This document shows positions 12,721 to 26,892 of a stretch of 64,000 bases of DNA, in pieces. A model generated the notes under the pieces. The model saw nothing but the letters and a program-made list of their open reading frames with translations, was not told the origin of the DNA and did not search any database. The first letter of the stretch is position 1, and the number at the start of each line of letters is the position of its first letter. A program made the translations under genes and the position numbers. Origin of the DNA: Octopus sinensis. Its lineage: Eukaryota. The stretch lies in the NCBI RefSeq assembly GCF_006345805.1, contig NC_042997.1, positions 163,990,001 through 164,054,000 on the forward strand, given 5' to 3'.

Positions 12721-13854
12721 GTTTTTCATGCCTCCAACACTAGAGAAGTTGTTGTGTAAACTTGCAAGACAGTAAAAAAACAGGGAGGGGGGGACAAAAA
12801 TGCTCTCACTACTAAGAAGGAAATATTTGAAGTGGAGGTTGGTGGTTTTATGAAAGCCCCCTCACTACTGCCTATTGAAAAGCTAAAGTAAGATAGAGGG
12901 ACAAGTAGAGTTTTTTTTTTCATTTGAAATACAAATTTTCAAAGAGAATAATTTAGCTGCAGTTTCTGCAGTATATCAGAACATACAATCTATCTGCAGA
13001 TAGATCAATACCTAATCATATTCATATCTAGCTATCTTTACACACCCACTATATGTAGTTGCCTGTATGTGTGTGTGGTGTGTGTGTATATGTGTGTGTG
13101 TGTGCGTGCATGTGAGAAGTTGTCAGGCTACCCAGGGTTCCAGCCTAGGCTGAGCTGTTTATGATAGTCTTGAATAGCCAAGCCTGGGTAGGCCCTCAGC
13201 TTTTCATATAATAAACATATCTATCCACTCTACCTAATGTATTGAGTCCTATATCATATGATCTGTGCATTACATAAAATATATTTTCAATATATTTTAC
13301 AACATCCCTTACATTATGATATACATAGGGACATAAATGTATGTGTGTGCGTGTACATTTATATATAGAAAATGAGCATATTAAAGAAGTGAGGTGAGAG
13401 AGTAAAATGTTCATTCCATTTGTTTACAGCTGTTTCATAATCTTTTTAGTCATATAACATACATATGAATTGTACACATAAACATATAAGTATGTGAATA
13501 TCCCTATATACAAAGGTGTTGACAAGGGAACTAACGAAATAGTCATAATTATCCCTAGCAGTTGAAAATATCAACTCTACCACAGAGTGTAAGTTGACCC
13601 TATATATATATATGCATGCATGCATGTGCACACACACAAGTGCGCATGCATGTGTATGTGTGTGTACATGTACAGTTGACAATCATATATTAACACATAC
13701 TTATACACTCAGACATAGCAAAACCCTTGAAAGAAAATTCTGCTCTAGATAATATGTGGGAAAACACATCATTGGGCTACAAATGATGTTGTTGGATCAT
13801 AGGATACAGCCCCCACTCATAAATAGAAAATGTCAGGTTTTGTGCCTATAGAAT

Positions 13855-14090
13855 CATCATCATCATCATCATCATCATTTGGTATCTGTTTCCATGCTGG
13901 CATGGGTTAGATGGTTTGACTGGAAGCCAGAGAGCTGCACCAGGCTCCAGTTTGGTTTGTTTTGGTTTCTATGGCTGGATGCCCATCCTTGTGCCAACCA
14001 CTCCAAGAGTATAGTGGGTGCTTTCTATGTGTCAATGGCATGGGCACCTTTTACATGTAACCGGCAAAGGCACCTAACAAGGTGACTCTA
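13855..14090 (-). mobile_element. RTE 3'UTR, 5'-truncated copy with (GAT)n tail
   Basis: (CAT)n followed by TTCCATGCTGGCATGGGTTAGATGG...GGCTGGATGCCCATCC...CCAACCACTCC. It matches the 3' end of the ORF-linked copy at 46440-47213. Confidence 0.8.
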
Positions 14091-14304
14091 AGGCCAAGAG
14101 TTTTGTGAATTAGCACTTATCAAACTACTGAAACCAGCTCCATAAGTGTCAACTCTTGGCTTTTGAGTTACTCTGTAACTTCTGCCTATTAATGATAAAG
14201 AAATTTATATACTCATGTTTTGAGTTTTATCTTCCAGTTAGTATCATGAAATGTGTGTGTGTGTGTGCATGTATAAACAATTGATAGTATGTGAAATGAC
14301 TTAC

Positions 14305-14471
14305 CTTATGTGCAGCTCCATGCAGAGCTGTGCGGCCACCTTTATCTTTAATATTAACATTGGAACCTGCCTTAAGCAAAAGTTTAGCACAATGAGGTCG
14401 ATCTGCTAACACACAGTACATGAGTGGAGTGCGACCAAACTGATCAATACCATCGATAGGGAAAGTGTTAG
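14305..14471 (-). CDS. INVS: Inversin internal coding exon (167 nt, phase 1/0), ankyrin repeats
   Basis: The acceptor is ctaatttcag|CTAAC after a pyrimidine tract, and the donor is CATAAG|gtaagt. The exon encodes NTFPIDGIDQFGRTPLMYCVLADRPHCAKLLLKAGSNVNIKDKGGRTALHGAAHK, matching recalled inversin DQFGRTPLMYCVLADRLDCADALLKAGADVNKTDHSQRTALHLAAQK. It splices in frame to 4932 across a 9372-nt intron. Confidence 0.93.
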
Positions 14472-15727
14472 CTGAAATTAGAATATGTAGGGTATTTAAA
14501 AAGACAGAAGACAAACATTGAGAAAGTTTAGTAATATGTGAAAATATGCATTTATGTTTGTGTAACATAGTAGCCATTACACCGTGTAGAATTTTCTCAT
14601 TTTGAAGACGAAGAAAGTTTTAATATAAAATTTTCTTTTGACTATAAAGCTAAAACAAAGGGAAGGAATAAGACACAGAATAAGACATGGTGTAAAGTTT
14701 TGTCTCTAACACCCTTGGAGTATTGTGAAGAAGCTTCATATTAATAAAACACAATGGCATCAATACAAAATATATAAACAAAAACACAGTAAAAACTCTA
14801 TGACAAAAATGAATAATATCAACAACTGCACCACATGAAAACACATTAACAAATGCACATCTAATGTTTACGAATAAGATCCATTTAATAAAACTGAGCT
14901 TCAAAGAAAGCGTCAGAAATCTGTAACAGAATAATTTCCTTATAGTATTTTTTCTTTTGTGTGTGTGTGTGTGCATGGATAAAAGTTAGAATTAAAATAT
15001 TGCAGAAAAGAAAGAACACCCAGTCTAGATTATTGGACAGCTTGCAAAGAAAAGAGAAATATTTTATGCGTAAGAAACAAAAAGACGCCCAGGCTATCGT
15101 AAACAGATATATCTGAGTGGCTCTATGTTAAATATGTCAATTTACCACATAAAAAAATCTGAACAGTTGCAGATGGCTGAGTTGATAATATGTTTGTCTA
15201 CAGACTGAAGTGCTGACAGTTAATTGTATAGACAATGCCAATGTGATATACTACTGATGTCCTCCTATCCAAGAAGAAGAAAGATATCTCTGACTATTAA
15301 ATAGGTCTAAAAATTGTAATTAGCTTTCCAAGATGTCTCAGAATATGAATAAAAATGAAATAAGGCAAAAGAGAGTGAAGTAAAAGTGTTAGATCAATGC
15401 ATTTACCTTTAAAAACTAGAATTTTTAAAGTACGTTCGCAAATAACAGTTAGTGCAAATAATATTTTTTTTCTATTTGAGACTATGTGAAACTTAAGAAG
15501 CCTTAACATTTTGCAAGCATAAAAAATTGAAATAATATTAAAATATGTGGATTATTAGAAGTTGAGTTTGTTACAAAGAATAAAAAAAAAAAAAGATATG
15601 ACAGAATCTTGTAAACAGCTCAATGTTGATATAGAAACTGTGTGTGGCTTGTATATTGGAACAGAGAAAAAAACTTCTAGGAATTCATATATTTTTGCAA
15701 TGTAAATAATTGTAAGTATTCAGAATA

Positions 15728-15830
<103 letters not shown>

Positions 15831-17731
15831 AAAGAATATTTTCTCATATGATCATTCCAAATATATAAAAGGGTAGGGGATTTCTCAAAAAATGAAAAAT
15901 ATCTTCATAAGTAATCAAAAGGTCTGTTACAGATTAAATAAGGTGTCCTTGATTTATGTATTGAATCAAAACTCCACTAAAAGATCAGGAATAAATTTTG
16001 TTTGCCAATAGAAATAAAGTTTGGTTTCTTAACTTCTATATTTGAATATGTTTTAATGTTCCTTCATACGATATTATTTATTGACTTGCATGTACCAAAA
16101 AATATTCACTGACATGTTAGCTGTTTGAAGAAAATCAATTGTTGCTTATTTTTCCACAAACTCCAGAATTAAAAATAAAAACCCGTTATAAATCGAATAA
16201 AATAAAACGGTTATAAATCGAATATTAGCAAATATTTCTTCTCCTTAGCAATAAAAAAATAGTTATTGGTGGGTATCTAGGAAACATAGAAAATGCAAAA
16301 AATCTAAAGAGTAAAAATACACTATGAGCAACATGGGAAAATATTTAAAGATTTTTGACTATTAACCTGAAGTCAAGATTATTTGGGTTTTAATTTTATT
16401 AAGTATTTTAGCAAAATGATTGCAAGAAAAATTGGTCATAATGAGTAAATGGAGAATATTGGACCCCATCATCCATTAAAGATATGGAATCAAAATTCTT
16501 AATTTTGACAGTAGAAACATGGCTGATAAACGACAGAAGAGGATGGAGAAATTTGATCAATAAGCAGGTTGTTCCTTGGGGTATTGGCTATAGAGTTAAA
16601 GACCTCATAATCTTATCATAAATCAATAAATATTAGTGCTATAAAATCCAAGAAAGATACCATGCATTCATTCTTGCACATACACATGTACATACATGCA
16701 AGTGTGACTACATGTTACACACAAATGAAACCTGAAATATGATCTACCTAAAAAGAAAAAATATGTAAAAATCCTTAAAAAATTGACAAAGACAAGAATA
16801 AAATAATAACAAAGTGAAAGTTATGACTATACAAAAGACCATGCTAACCTCTTAAAACATGAAGTCATTATTACAGTTTGCTTCACACAAAATATATATA
16901 TATAATAATACTCTCAAGAAACATTGTGCAGATGTTATCTAAATATAAAAAAAAAATATTTTCATGAGTTATTTTTTCAATTATTGTATATTATAACTGC
17001 CACCACTACCACCACAACCATCACTGCACACATAACTGTGAAATGACATTTAGCTCTTTCTCTGTTTACTTTCACTTTCACTACTTACACGCTTTCAAGA
17101 CATAAATAGCATCACATTGTTAATATGCTGGAAGCTCTTGGTAAACCACAGAGATGTGATTGGCTTATCGCTAAGTGCCAGGTCATCCCTGATCAAATAG
17201 ACCTATGATCAAAATGCATTCCAGCTATGACCATCCTGTCTTGTTTTTAATTCACATACTGTATATTTAGAATAATAATGGTCTTCCATTTTGAGATGAT
17301 AGGGTATAATTTATGAGACATGGCATCTGTTTCTAGCAGGTTTGGAGGCTGTAAGAGCTTTCTGATTAGCTTGTGTGGTAAAACATATCTATGAAAGCAA
17401 GTACAACAATCTTCATAGTGGTTACAAACTAAACACATATGGTGTGATTTAACATTACTGACAGTTATTAGTAATGCTCAATTTAAAGCACAAAATATGA
17501 AGAAATATACAAAATTGTCTCAACTTTAGTACAATTAGTAATAATTACTAATAATCATATAATGGAAGATTTAGTAGACCATGTCAGAATTTCAACTTAA
17601 GACTGCATGCCGATGACAGCTAGGTAATTATGAAATTTATAGTGGAGACCTATGTAGACTATTAACATGTACTAAAGTTTGGCATTTTTAACTTTTGATA
17701 CTTATGTAACTTGCCAAATTCAACCAGCTCG

Positions 17732-17762
<31 letters not shown>

Positions 17763-17900
17763 TGTTTAACATCCGCTTTTCATGCTAGCATAGGCTGGCT
17801 GGACGATTTGACTGAGGTCTGACGAACCAGATGGCTGCACCAGACTCCAATCTGATCTGTCAGAGTTTCTACAGCTGGATGCCCTTCCTAACACCAAGTG
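17732..17900 (-). mobile_element. RTE 3'UTR tail copy
   Basis: (CAT)n TGTTTAACATCCGCTTTTCATGCTAGCAT...ACAGCTGGATGCCCTTCCTAAC. Confidence 0.8.
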
Positions 17901-19420
17901 TTTAGTAATTGTCACTGTTTAGTCCATATGTGCTCTGATCAAGCAGACCTATGACCGAAAGCATCCTAGCTGTAGCCATTTGTCTTCTAACATTACATTA
18001 TCCAATGTGTTGGCTTTTTTGTTTTGAAAGATTGTAGAGCTATGATTTTCACTCATTTTTTGCCAACGGACCCCTTTGATTCCTATTTTACTCTACTGGA
18101 CCTTCATAGCCATTCAATGTTTCCTATTGCATTTTTACAATTAACCCATGCTAGCATGGAAAACAAACATTAAATGATGATGATGATGATGATGATGATG
18201 ATATTAGGAATTGTATAAAAAAATTAAAATAATTAGTGTATTGTAGAAGCATAAGCAATTTGTTGCACATAAATTTTAACAACAAAATTCTTATATGGAC
18301 CCCCAGTTAATAACCACTGCAGTAGAATGTCATTTGCCTTTTATTGGCTTACTATGAGCATAGGGTTTGGAACATGTAGTTGTTTATGGAGAAAGGAAAT
18401 ATTAGGTCAACTAATTTTAATAGAAGTTAGCAATTTGGCTGTTAGCCAATTCACTAAATAAATAAATAATCATTGGTAATGGTAACAGTTCTGTAATTTT
18501 CTTCCAGCATCTGAAAATCTTGCAATGAATTAATTTAATTAGTACAGCAGTACTTATTAGATCATCTATGTAATGAAACAGTTTAGCCTACTACTTCAAA
18601 TATGCTATCATAGCAGACACATCTATTCATATTGCCAACTGCAGCAGTGCATGTAGTACATTTAAGGAATTGATTCGTTATATTTATACAGCACGAATAA
18701 ATTTATGAGTAATTTTGGTATTACAAAGATTTTGTCTGGCATTTGTTTCTAGACCAATGAAAGAAAACCTGAAAAGTATACTATGAGAGAATATATTACT
18801 AGTTGGTAAAGATTTCCAGAGGATTCTAATGTACAGTTTCTACTGAAACACAAAATTAATGGTACCTTGCCAAAATTGATGGTTACAGTAAAGCTTAGCA
18901 ATAATCAGGCAGCTGCTTACTGTTTGAAATATTGATATAAATCAACTCCATTATTCTATCTGTACAAAAAAGGAGAGAGAGGGAGAAAGAGAGGGAAGAG
19001 AAAAGATAGAGAGAGAGAGAGGGCGAGTGAATGAATGAAAACTGGTGCAATAGAACTTACTGCATAGTCCTACAGTAAGAACAAACACAGATTTGATACC
19101 CAATTCAGATATTATCAACCATGATTAATCTTACACTTGTCAGTTGCTTAATAACCTTTGAACAATCACCAGTAAATAGAGATATCAAACAAATATTATA
19201 AAATTGCTTAAGTATGAATATTCAAAAATAATATGAAATTTTATCATAAAGAATATTTTTTAAATGTCAAATCTTTTCAAAACACAGTAGTCCTAAACAG
19301 GTAATAATAAATAATAATAATTTTATACAGCCAAATTAACAAACATTTCAGTTATTTCAAAAATTGGGAAAATTTGGGGAAAATCTCCAGTTTGATCATT
19401 CTAACCATTTTACAAGTGTA

Positions 19421-20689
19421 TAGGGCTTGGACAAAATAATGGAAACACCTAGCATCATAATTTTGAAATATCTATAAAACTGTCAAAAGCTTGTTTATTT
19501 TCATGTTTTTTGATTTATTATAAGTGTTGCTTAGTATGATTTGCTAAAATTGCTGTTTCTTTCCAGATATCATCAGAAAAAGGTAATTAAAATTCATTAC
19601 AATGACAGATCTATTGGGTTTTCAAAGAGGTCAAATTGTTGGTACTTGTATGGCAGGCACTAGCATTATGAAAAATTCCAAAATGTTTGGTGTATCAAGA
19701 ACTACTGTTTCAAAAGTAATGACAGCTTTTGAGAAAGAGGGAAAAACCTCCTCATTGAAACAAAACTCCAGAAGAAAACAAAAACTTTCAGATAGGGACT
19801 GTCGGACTCATATACAAATTGTTAGAAAAGGTCACAAAAGTACAGCTCCCAAAATTACTGCAGAGCAGAGCTTAATAACCACCTCAAGAACCCAGTTTCC
19901 ACAAAAACTGTTCACCAGGAGCTGTACAAAGCTGGATTTCACAGGAGGGGTGCAATTAGAAAACCACTACTTTTAAAAACAAACATTGCAAAGCGTTTAG
20001 AGTGGAGTAAAAACCTAAAGAATTGATCTCTAGAGCAGTGGAAGAATGTTATTTTCTTGGAGGAGTCATCCTTTACCTTATTTCTGACCACTGGCCAGTA
20101 TACGTGTAGAGTCAGCCAAAAGAAGCATTTGACCCAGACTGCCTTCTTCCAATTGTTAAACATGGAGGAAGATTTGTGATGAGCTGGGAGGTTATATCTT
20201 GGAAATCAACCTGCCCAATGGTTTCCCTTCATGGCAGAATTAATAGTCAAGACTGTTTAAGCATTTTATCGAATCAAATTCACCCTATGGTTGTGGAGCT
20301 GTTTTCGGAGGGAAATGCAATCTTTCAGGATGATAATGCACCAATTCATACAGCTAAAGTTGTTACTGAATGGCACAAGGAACATTCTAGTGAAGTTGAA
20401 CATCTTATCTGATCACCACAGTCCCCAGATCTCAAAATCATAGAACATTTATGGTGCATTTTAGAAAAACAAGTAAGGAGTCAATATCTTCCAGCATCAT
20501 CACTACAAGAACTGGAGACTGTTTTAGCTGAAGAACGGACAAAAATTTCTTTGGAAACAATTCAATCTTTGTACGAGTCCATACCTCATAGAATTCAAGC
20601 TGTAATTACTGCCAAAGGCGGTCCTATCTTATATTAAAATAAGTTTGTTTGCAATTTTAAGGTGTTTCCATTATTTTATCCAATCCCTG
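19421..20689 (+). mobile_element. Full-length Tc1 (DD34E-type) transposon with inactivated transposase (19602-20637)
   Basis: TIRs (T)AGGGCTTGGACAAAATAATGGAAACACCT and AGGTGTTTCCATTATTTTATCCAATCCCTG, each flanked by TA. HTH region FQRGQIVG...FGVSRTTVSKV, catalytic FQDDNAPIH and PDLKIIEHLW, C-terminal KGGPILY*. Contains frameshifts and stops. Confidence 0.95.
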
Positions 20690-23099
20690 TATGTCTGCAA
20701 TGTATGTAGGACAACAATAGATGATTCTTCACATTCATCTCTTGATTTTTATCTGTAATTTGAATGCATCACAACCAAAGTTGTATTATATAGTAGACAT
20801 TGTGATTGGCTGTTATTGATTAGTAAATGAACTAAGACCAAGTTAAAAATATTTAACTCTGTATTTTGCAAGACATGAACTAAATCACATCGCAGTATTG
20901 TCAACCAAAAATGTTTTGTAATTCAAAACTGTTTTATTAAAAACAGAAATAATGATAAGTTCTATTTCTCTCATGTAACATCATTGACCATACTGCAATT
21001 TTCTCTACATTACTCCCATAGAATCTACTAATTCAAGTCAAACTATCTTACACTATTATGTCTTACATTAAGTTTAATTAATGATAGCAAGCACTAAAAA
21101 GCAATCTAAAGTTTGAAAGGACCCTTTAGTCTTGTTGAAGACATGATACCTCTCAAGTACAAGTTTCACAACAAAAAACCCCCCAAAAAACCCATTATGC
21201 AAAGTGATTGGTATTAGGCAGGTATCCAACCATAGAAACCAAGCTAAAAATTAAATGTGAGTGAGATGAGGTTTTCTGACTATAAGCTAACACCAACCAT
21301 GGAGAGCTGTCCTGCCCAAGATAGCATGGAAAGTAGACCTAAAACGATGGTGGCAGTAGTGGTGGTGATGGTGTCACAATATAAACATAAAGTAAGAATG
21401 AAATATGATTGAAGTTGAGCAACTGTTAAAAGTTCACCACATAAGCTGTAAGATTTTAATCAAAATTAAAGATTAAAACACGGTGCTTGAAAATTTAATC
21501 AGTGTGTCAGTCATTGAGCAACAAAGTTTAGCTATATCTTTATCTTTCACATACAAATGGTTCAATAAAACTGGCATCAATATTGATGTTTCTGGAAAGC
21601 ATTGTATTAGGCCTTACAATAGATGAATAAATAATACAAGTGACTCGAGTACTATTAAGACATCTTACAACATCGATTGCTTGTAGCAGGCATCTACTAT
21701 TAATCCTTTAGGAGGTTAAAGGTTCGTTCATTGATCTAGAAAGCATTCACAAAAGAATGCTACAGCCTCTGAAACAGAAGAAATATATTCTTTGTTGCAG
21801 TAAGGATGTATTGGCCAAAAACGAATTTTTTAGTAACTGCAGAAGCAGCTTACAGGGGAAGAAAAAAAAATTGCCAGTTGGTAAGCTGAGAAAATTTCAA
21901 GAATGCTAGCCATTTGGAGAGGCAGATGCATGTATTAGTAACAAATACATGCAACAAAGCTTTAGAGTACAATTATGTGCTTCCATATTGAATTCAATGT
22001 GATTTTTCTGACTGTTCTGGCATCTAAACAAGCCAAACTCTATCATTTATTACAGGTAGCCAAATGGACTTTTCTAAATAGTTATAAATGGTATTAAAAA
22101 TGAATAGAATAAGTCATAATAGCAAATGAATACTAAATTCTTCCAAAATAAAATAATGGGACTAACATAAAACCTGGAATATATTTTATTTGAGATTATT
22201 TCTATATGCATACAAAGCAACAGAATGCACTCAACTAAACACATTACAAAATTCAGCTTTATCATTATTAGTTTTGAGTTCAAATTCTGTCAGAGTTAAC
22301 TTAGCAATTCATCTCCCTATTGTTGAAATATTAAGTAAGTGTAATATAATTGGACTGATACAGTTGTCTATAACCTTTACATCAGAAATTGGCTTTGCAC
22401 TTTATCAAAGAAAAGTCATTATTTATTTGACCCTGTTATTATTCAATACACATTGCATCAATGGTTTAGCAGTTAAGCATAGATTTATAATTAAGTTAGA
22501 GTAATGGAGTCTCTATGTACACTTGTAGTCAATTTCAAAACTGTATTTTCCATTTTTTTTAAACACATTTATTAATTTTTGGAGAGTATAAATATCAATG
22601 TGAAATTACAGCTATAGCATACCATAAAAAATAAATTAAACAAACTATATACCATAAAAATGAGTTGACAAACAAATTAAATAGTAGTAGTTGTTGTTAT
22701 TAATGAAGAAGAGAAATAATGCATTGTAGTAAAATGTGAGTTATAGTTATCATGTGCACAATACATTTAACTACATCATATATTTACCTCTCTATCTATA
22801 ATACAGTACAAGCTTCCTCACCCTCTCTAAAAATGCTTAAGTTTGGAAACATGTTCCATTCTATCCTGTTTTAAGATATCATATGTTGTTGACATGTAGG
22901 CACCAGGTCAGTTCTGATAAAGCAGATCCATAGCACATGAATAGTTGATTCAATGATTAGATGTGATAGCTATATCAATATACTATTCCCCTACATAGTA
23001 TAGAACTATATCCATATTGTGCCAACTGACATGATGTGATTTATCACATGGTGTAAAGTGTGGAAGTCTGAGTATGCTTCACTTTTCTCATTATCCACA

Positions 23100-24120
23100 C
23101 TGTTTTTGCATGCCTGCATATTCTGGTGGCAGTTACAATGGAAGCAGGAAAAATAAACTTAGTCTGAACACAACAACTGGTGTTTCTGTTGCTCTTGTCA
23201 TGGATGTTGTGCAACTCCTTTAGTGCTAAATATGGTGACAGAAGCTGCTAATTTTTTTTTTGATGTTTGTATCAACTGAGTAGGAGGAATATCATCATCA
23301 TTAATTGTCATTTAATGTCTGCTCTTCATGCTGGCATGGGTTGGATGGTTTAATTGAGGACTGGTGAGCCAGGAGGCTGCATCAGGCTCAATCTGATCTG
23401 GCAAAGTTTCTACAGCTGGATGCCCTTCCTAACGCCAACCATTCCGAGAGTGTAATGAGGGCCAATGCTATTGTAGTGTTCTGGGATATTGTAGAAGTGT
23501 TTGAGTGTTTGGGATGATTACAGGCAGTGGTAACTTCTGTGTGAGTTGGAATTTATTGCATCAACAGGCTGTAACGCTTACATGTTTACATGGTTTTACA
23601 GTTTCAGTTTGTTTTGTGTGCATGCGTGTGTGTGTGCGTATGTAAGTCATTTGTGTATCTTCTAATGTAACTGGGGAGAGATTTGAGGAACAAAGAAATT
23701 TGTTAGAAGCAATGATAGTTACCAAATTGGTGCCTGTGAGGTCTCCAACTATTTTTGAGCATCATCGTGCTGGTTTTACTCATGAACATGTATATAATTT
23801 GTGGTATTGTATCTTCTGTGTGTGCATGATGCTATATTGCTGAATGTGATGCTTGGTTTTATTTGATGTTGCTGGTATGAGGGTAGCTGCTGTTATAGTT
23901 TGTCTGAAATGAAATTTCTATATTGCTATGCAGTTGGTGTAGAGTTGAAGTAGTGTTACTGTGTTAGGGGAATAGTAGGAAGATATAACTGTAAGGTCAT
24001 CTAAAGTTGAAACCATGTGTAGGTTTTGTGAAGATATATGCAACAAAAGCATGAATCAGTGAACAAAAGCCAGTGAGATGATGTAACAAATGAAATATGA
24101 ACCATATCAGGCTATGGATG
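23100..24120 (-). mobile_element. Highly decayed Penelope-like element RT remnant
   Basis: Minus-strand LDDL followed by LHSNIEISFQTNYNSSYP, resembling the PLE RT YxDD...LHPNIKFT.E.E.NNSLPF. Interrupted by an RTE tail at 23305-23460. Confidence 0.45.
23305..23460 (-). mobile_element. RTE 3'UTR tail copy
   Basis: CATGCTGGCATGGGTTGGATGG...CAGCTGGATGCCCTTCCTAACGCCAACCATTCCGAGAGTG. Confidence 0.8.
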
Positions 24121-24442
24121 ACTTAGTTTTTCCACTCAGAAATACTTTTAAATAATTTTTTTTTCTGAATTAGTAGGAGAGATTTTCAAAGACAGAATAA
24201 TTTAAAATGTTGACATACAATTTGGCTCATGTTAAATTTCCAGATAGCATACTTCAAAATATTTTGAAGTACACCGTCTAAGAAATCAAAAATTTCCTGG
24301 GATGTAGTTTGCTAGGCAACATTTTGTGTTGTCATTTACTCAGAATAGACTGTGACTGAGCAGACCTATAACCCAAAACATTCTAACAACAATTAACCTA
24401 TTTTTTTGCAGGCATAATGTAACTATGAATGCATTATCCAAC

Positions 24443-24482
<40 letters not shown>

Positions 24483-24846
24483 ACAAAGGTAGTAGGTTAT
24501 TTAAAGAGATTTGAATGCTATTTCTAACAGGTTGAATGTTTGTGTAGAAGCCCTCTCATTGACTCACACTCACATGTGTTTTGTGGTGCTAGAATCTATA
24601 GTTGCTTGACCTGTGGAGATTCCATCACTAACTCTCAAACCACACCTAATCACTTTAAGAAAAAACAACACCGGATAATTCAATACTTGATACATTTACA
24701 TGAAAGAAAAAAGAAAAGATGGGATGGTCCTAGTTGGAATATAAGTCAAACAATGATATACTTTAGTTTAAAGCAATGATGAAAAGCTAGTCACACCTTC
24801 CCTTCTTTCTCATTAACAGGTATTTTTCTTTTCTTTTCCTTTGAAT

Positions 24847-24889
<43 letters not shown>

Positions 24890-26229
24890 TCTTTCTTTTA
24901 CAAGCTTACTTAGTTTGATGTCTAATGAACATGCAGAAGCATCACACAACTGGTTTTTACAATATATATACGCATAATTTTCATAAAAGTGGGTGGTGGG
25001 GAGATATAATAAATCTGGCTGTATGTCAACATTTTGAATTATTGTATCTTTGAAAATTTCTACCACTGATTGAGAAAAAAATTGTTTAAAAGTGATTTAA
25101 GACAGTAAAGACTGAGTAATCACCCATAGCCTGGTTTGGTTCCTGTTACATTTGGCTTGTTAAATGCTTGTAATTGAAAGAACATACCTGGAAGTTCCAT
25201 TTCAACTAATTAGGTGGTTCTTTTTCTGAAGTTATATTGGTCAAAGTTTGAAAATAAGGATAACATTTTAACAGCAGCATTTACTTCTTCCTCAAGAATG
25301 AAATTACATATTTGTATGACAGAGGTATGACCACTTAAACTGTGCATAAGTATTTTACTGATATTTATGTTAGATGGATAAAATCGAAATTTGAAAGGCA
25401 AACTCAACATTGTTTGGTTTTGTGTTACTGGAATCTACACAGTTGCTCAACCTGTGGAGATTCCAACATCACTAGCTCTCAAATCACACCTTATCATTTT
25501 AAAAAAAGAATTACACTGGGTAATTCAATACTTGATACATTTAAATGAGAGAAAATTTTCACAAAAACAGGCATACTAAATTCTTTTTAATTTGTAAAGT
25601 ATGATTTGTGCCGACTTAACCTAGTCTATAATACTGTGTAATACTGTCTGCTAGCATTAACTATTCTGTTACCATATTTCTGCTGAAATACACTGCCTTT
25701 GAGTCAATTAGTTTTGAAAATGAAGAATTTAGTAAGATATCTGTCATTATTAAGCTGGTATTTAAGGCAGTGAGCTGGAGAATCATTACTGCATCTAACA
25801 AAAGTGCTTAATGGCATGGCATCTGTCTTTAAGTTCTGAGTTCAAATGCTTCTGGGATTGGCTTCGCCTTTCATCCTTTTAGGATCAATGTAATCGACTT
25901 AGTCCCTCCCCGAAACTGCCAGCCTTGTACCAAAATTTGAAATCATTATTAAGCTGACATTTAGAACATAAATTAATACAGTATTTTGATGGAAGGGTTT
26001 GATTGAGTTCAGGAAGTTGATGTTATAGAATGAAGGACAGACTCGGGCAAGCTGGAATTGAAATGATAAACAGAAAGACATACATTTTGCTGAAGGGAGT
26101 GTAATTGATTTAATCAATTCTAACACTTGACTGGTACTTTATTTTATTGATCCTAGAGAATTGAAAAGTAATTTGAACTCAGAATGTAAAGAACCATTAC
26201 TAAAGATTCTAAGACAGTTTGATTGGCAC

Positions 26230-26620
26230 TCCATTACCCTAACCCTATCAATAATGTTAATTGACTAATATCAATGATTCCATAAAATAAGAAGACAGGC
26301 ACATGTTTGGTCATGTGACTGAAGCTTGCCTCCCAACCACATGATTTCAAGTTCAGTTTTACAGTTTGGCACCTTTGTGTGTGTATGTGTATGTACACAC
26401 ACAAGTGTGTGTGTTTGTGTGTGTGTGTCTCCCTCCTTGTTTTGACGCAACACAATAGTTGTAAATGAACACCACTATCATACAATTTGTGTCTCTCATT
26501 TCCTATCTTTCATGAAAAAATGTCCAGTCATAGGAAAATATTACCTTGCTTGGAAACAGTTACAGGTTGGTGGCTGGAAGGGCATTTTGCAATAGAAAAT
26601 TTGCCTCAAAGAATTCCACA
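26230..26620 (-). mobile_element. Decayed tRNA-SINE and associated repeat with internal (TG)n
   Basis: GAAGCTTGCCTCCCAACCACATGATTTCAAGTTCAG matches the head of the SINE at 57230-57590. Confidence 0.5.
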
Positions 26621-26846
26621 TGAATACATGAAAAATTAGATACAAGAATTAAAATGTAATGTTCGGTAGTTCTTTTATTCTTGAACTGAGGCACTGCCTT
26701 CGAAAGGATTTGAGCATTCATCTCAATCCTAACATATATTCTGGTACTTTACCAGCACTTTAAGAGATGGAATACAATACAGACCTTGGTGTAAAGGACA
26801 ATAAGATGGTCAGACCTAATAACTATATAGTGTTTTTATTACAAAC

Positions 26847-26892
<46 letters not shown>

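Noticed and set aside
13128-13191. Short GC-rich hairpin CTACCCAGG...CCTGGGTAG
   Set aside because: It has only 9-bp arms, a single occurrence in the window, and no recognisable RNA or TE motif.
14472-14577. In-frame 5' extension of the ankyrin exon (MATMLHKHK...) in the ORF track
   Set aside because: It is a pyrimidine tract with a branch-point-like CTAAT and a strong AG, so it is intronic read-through.
18921-18959. Candidate INVS start microexon (tacag|ATAGAATAATG...AAACA|gtaagc; MELIYINISN, phase 1)
   Set aside because: The splice signals and phase fit, but there is no similarity to the inversin N-terminus. Such short matches arise by chance and need RNA evidence.
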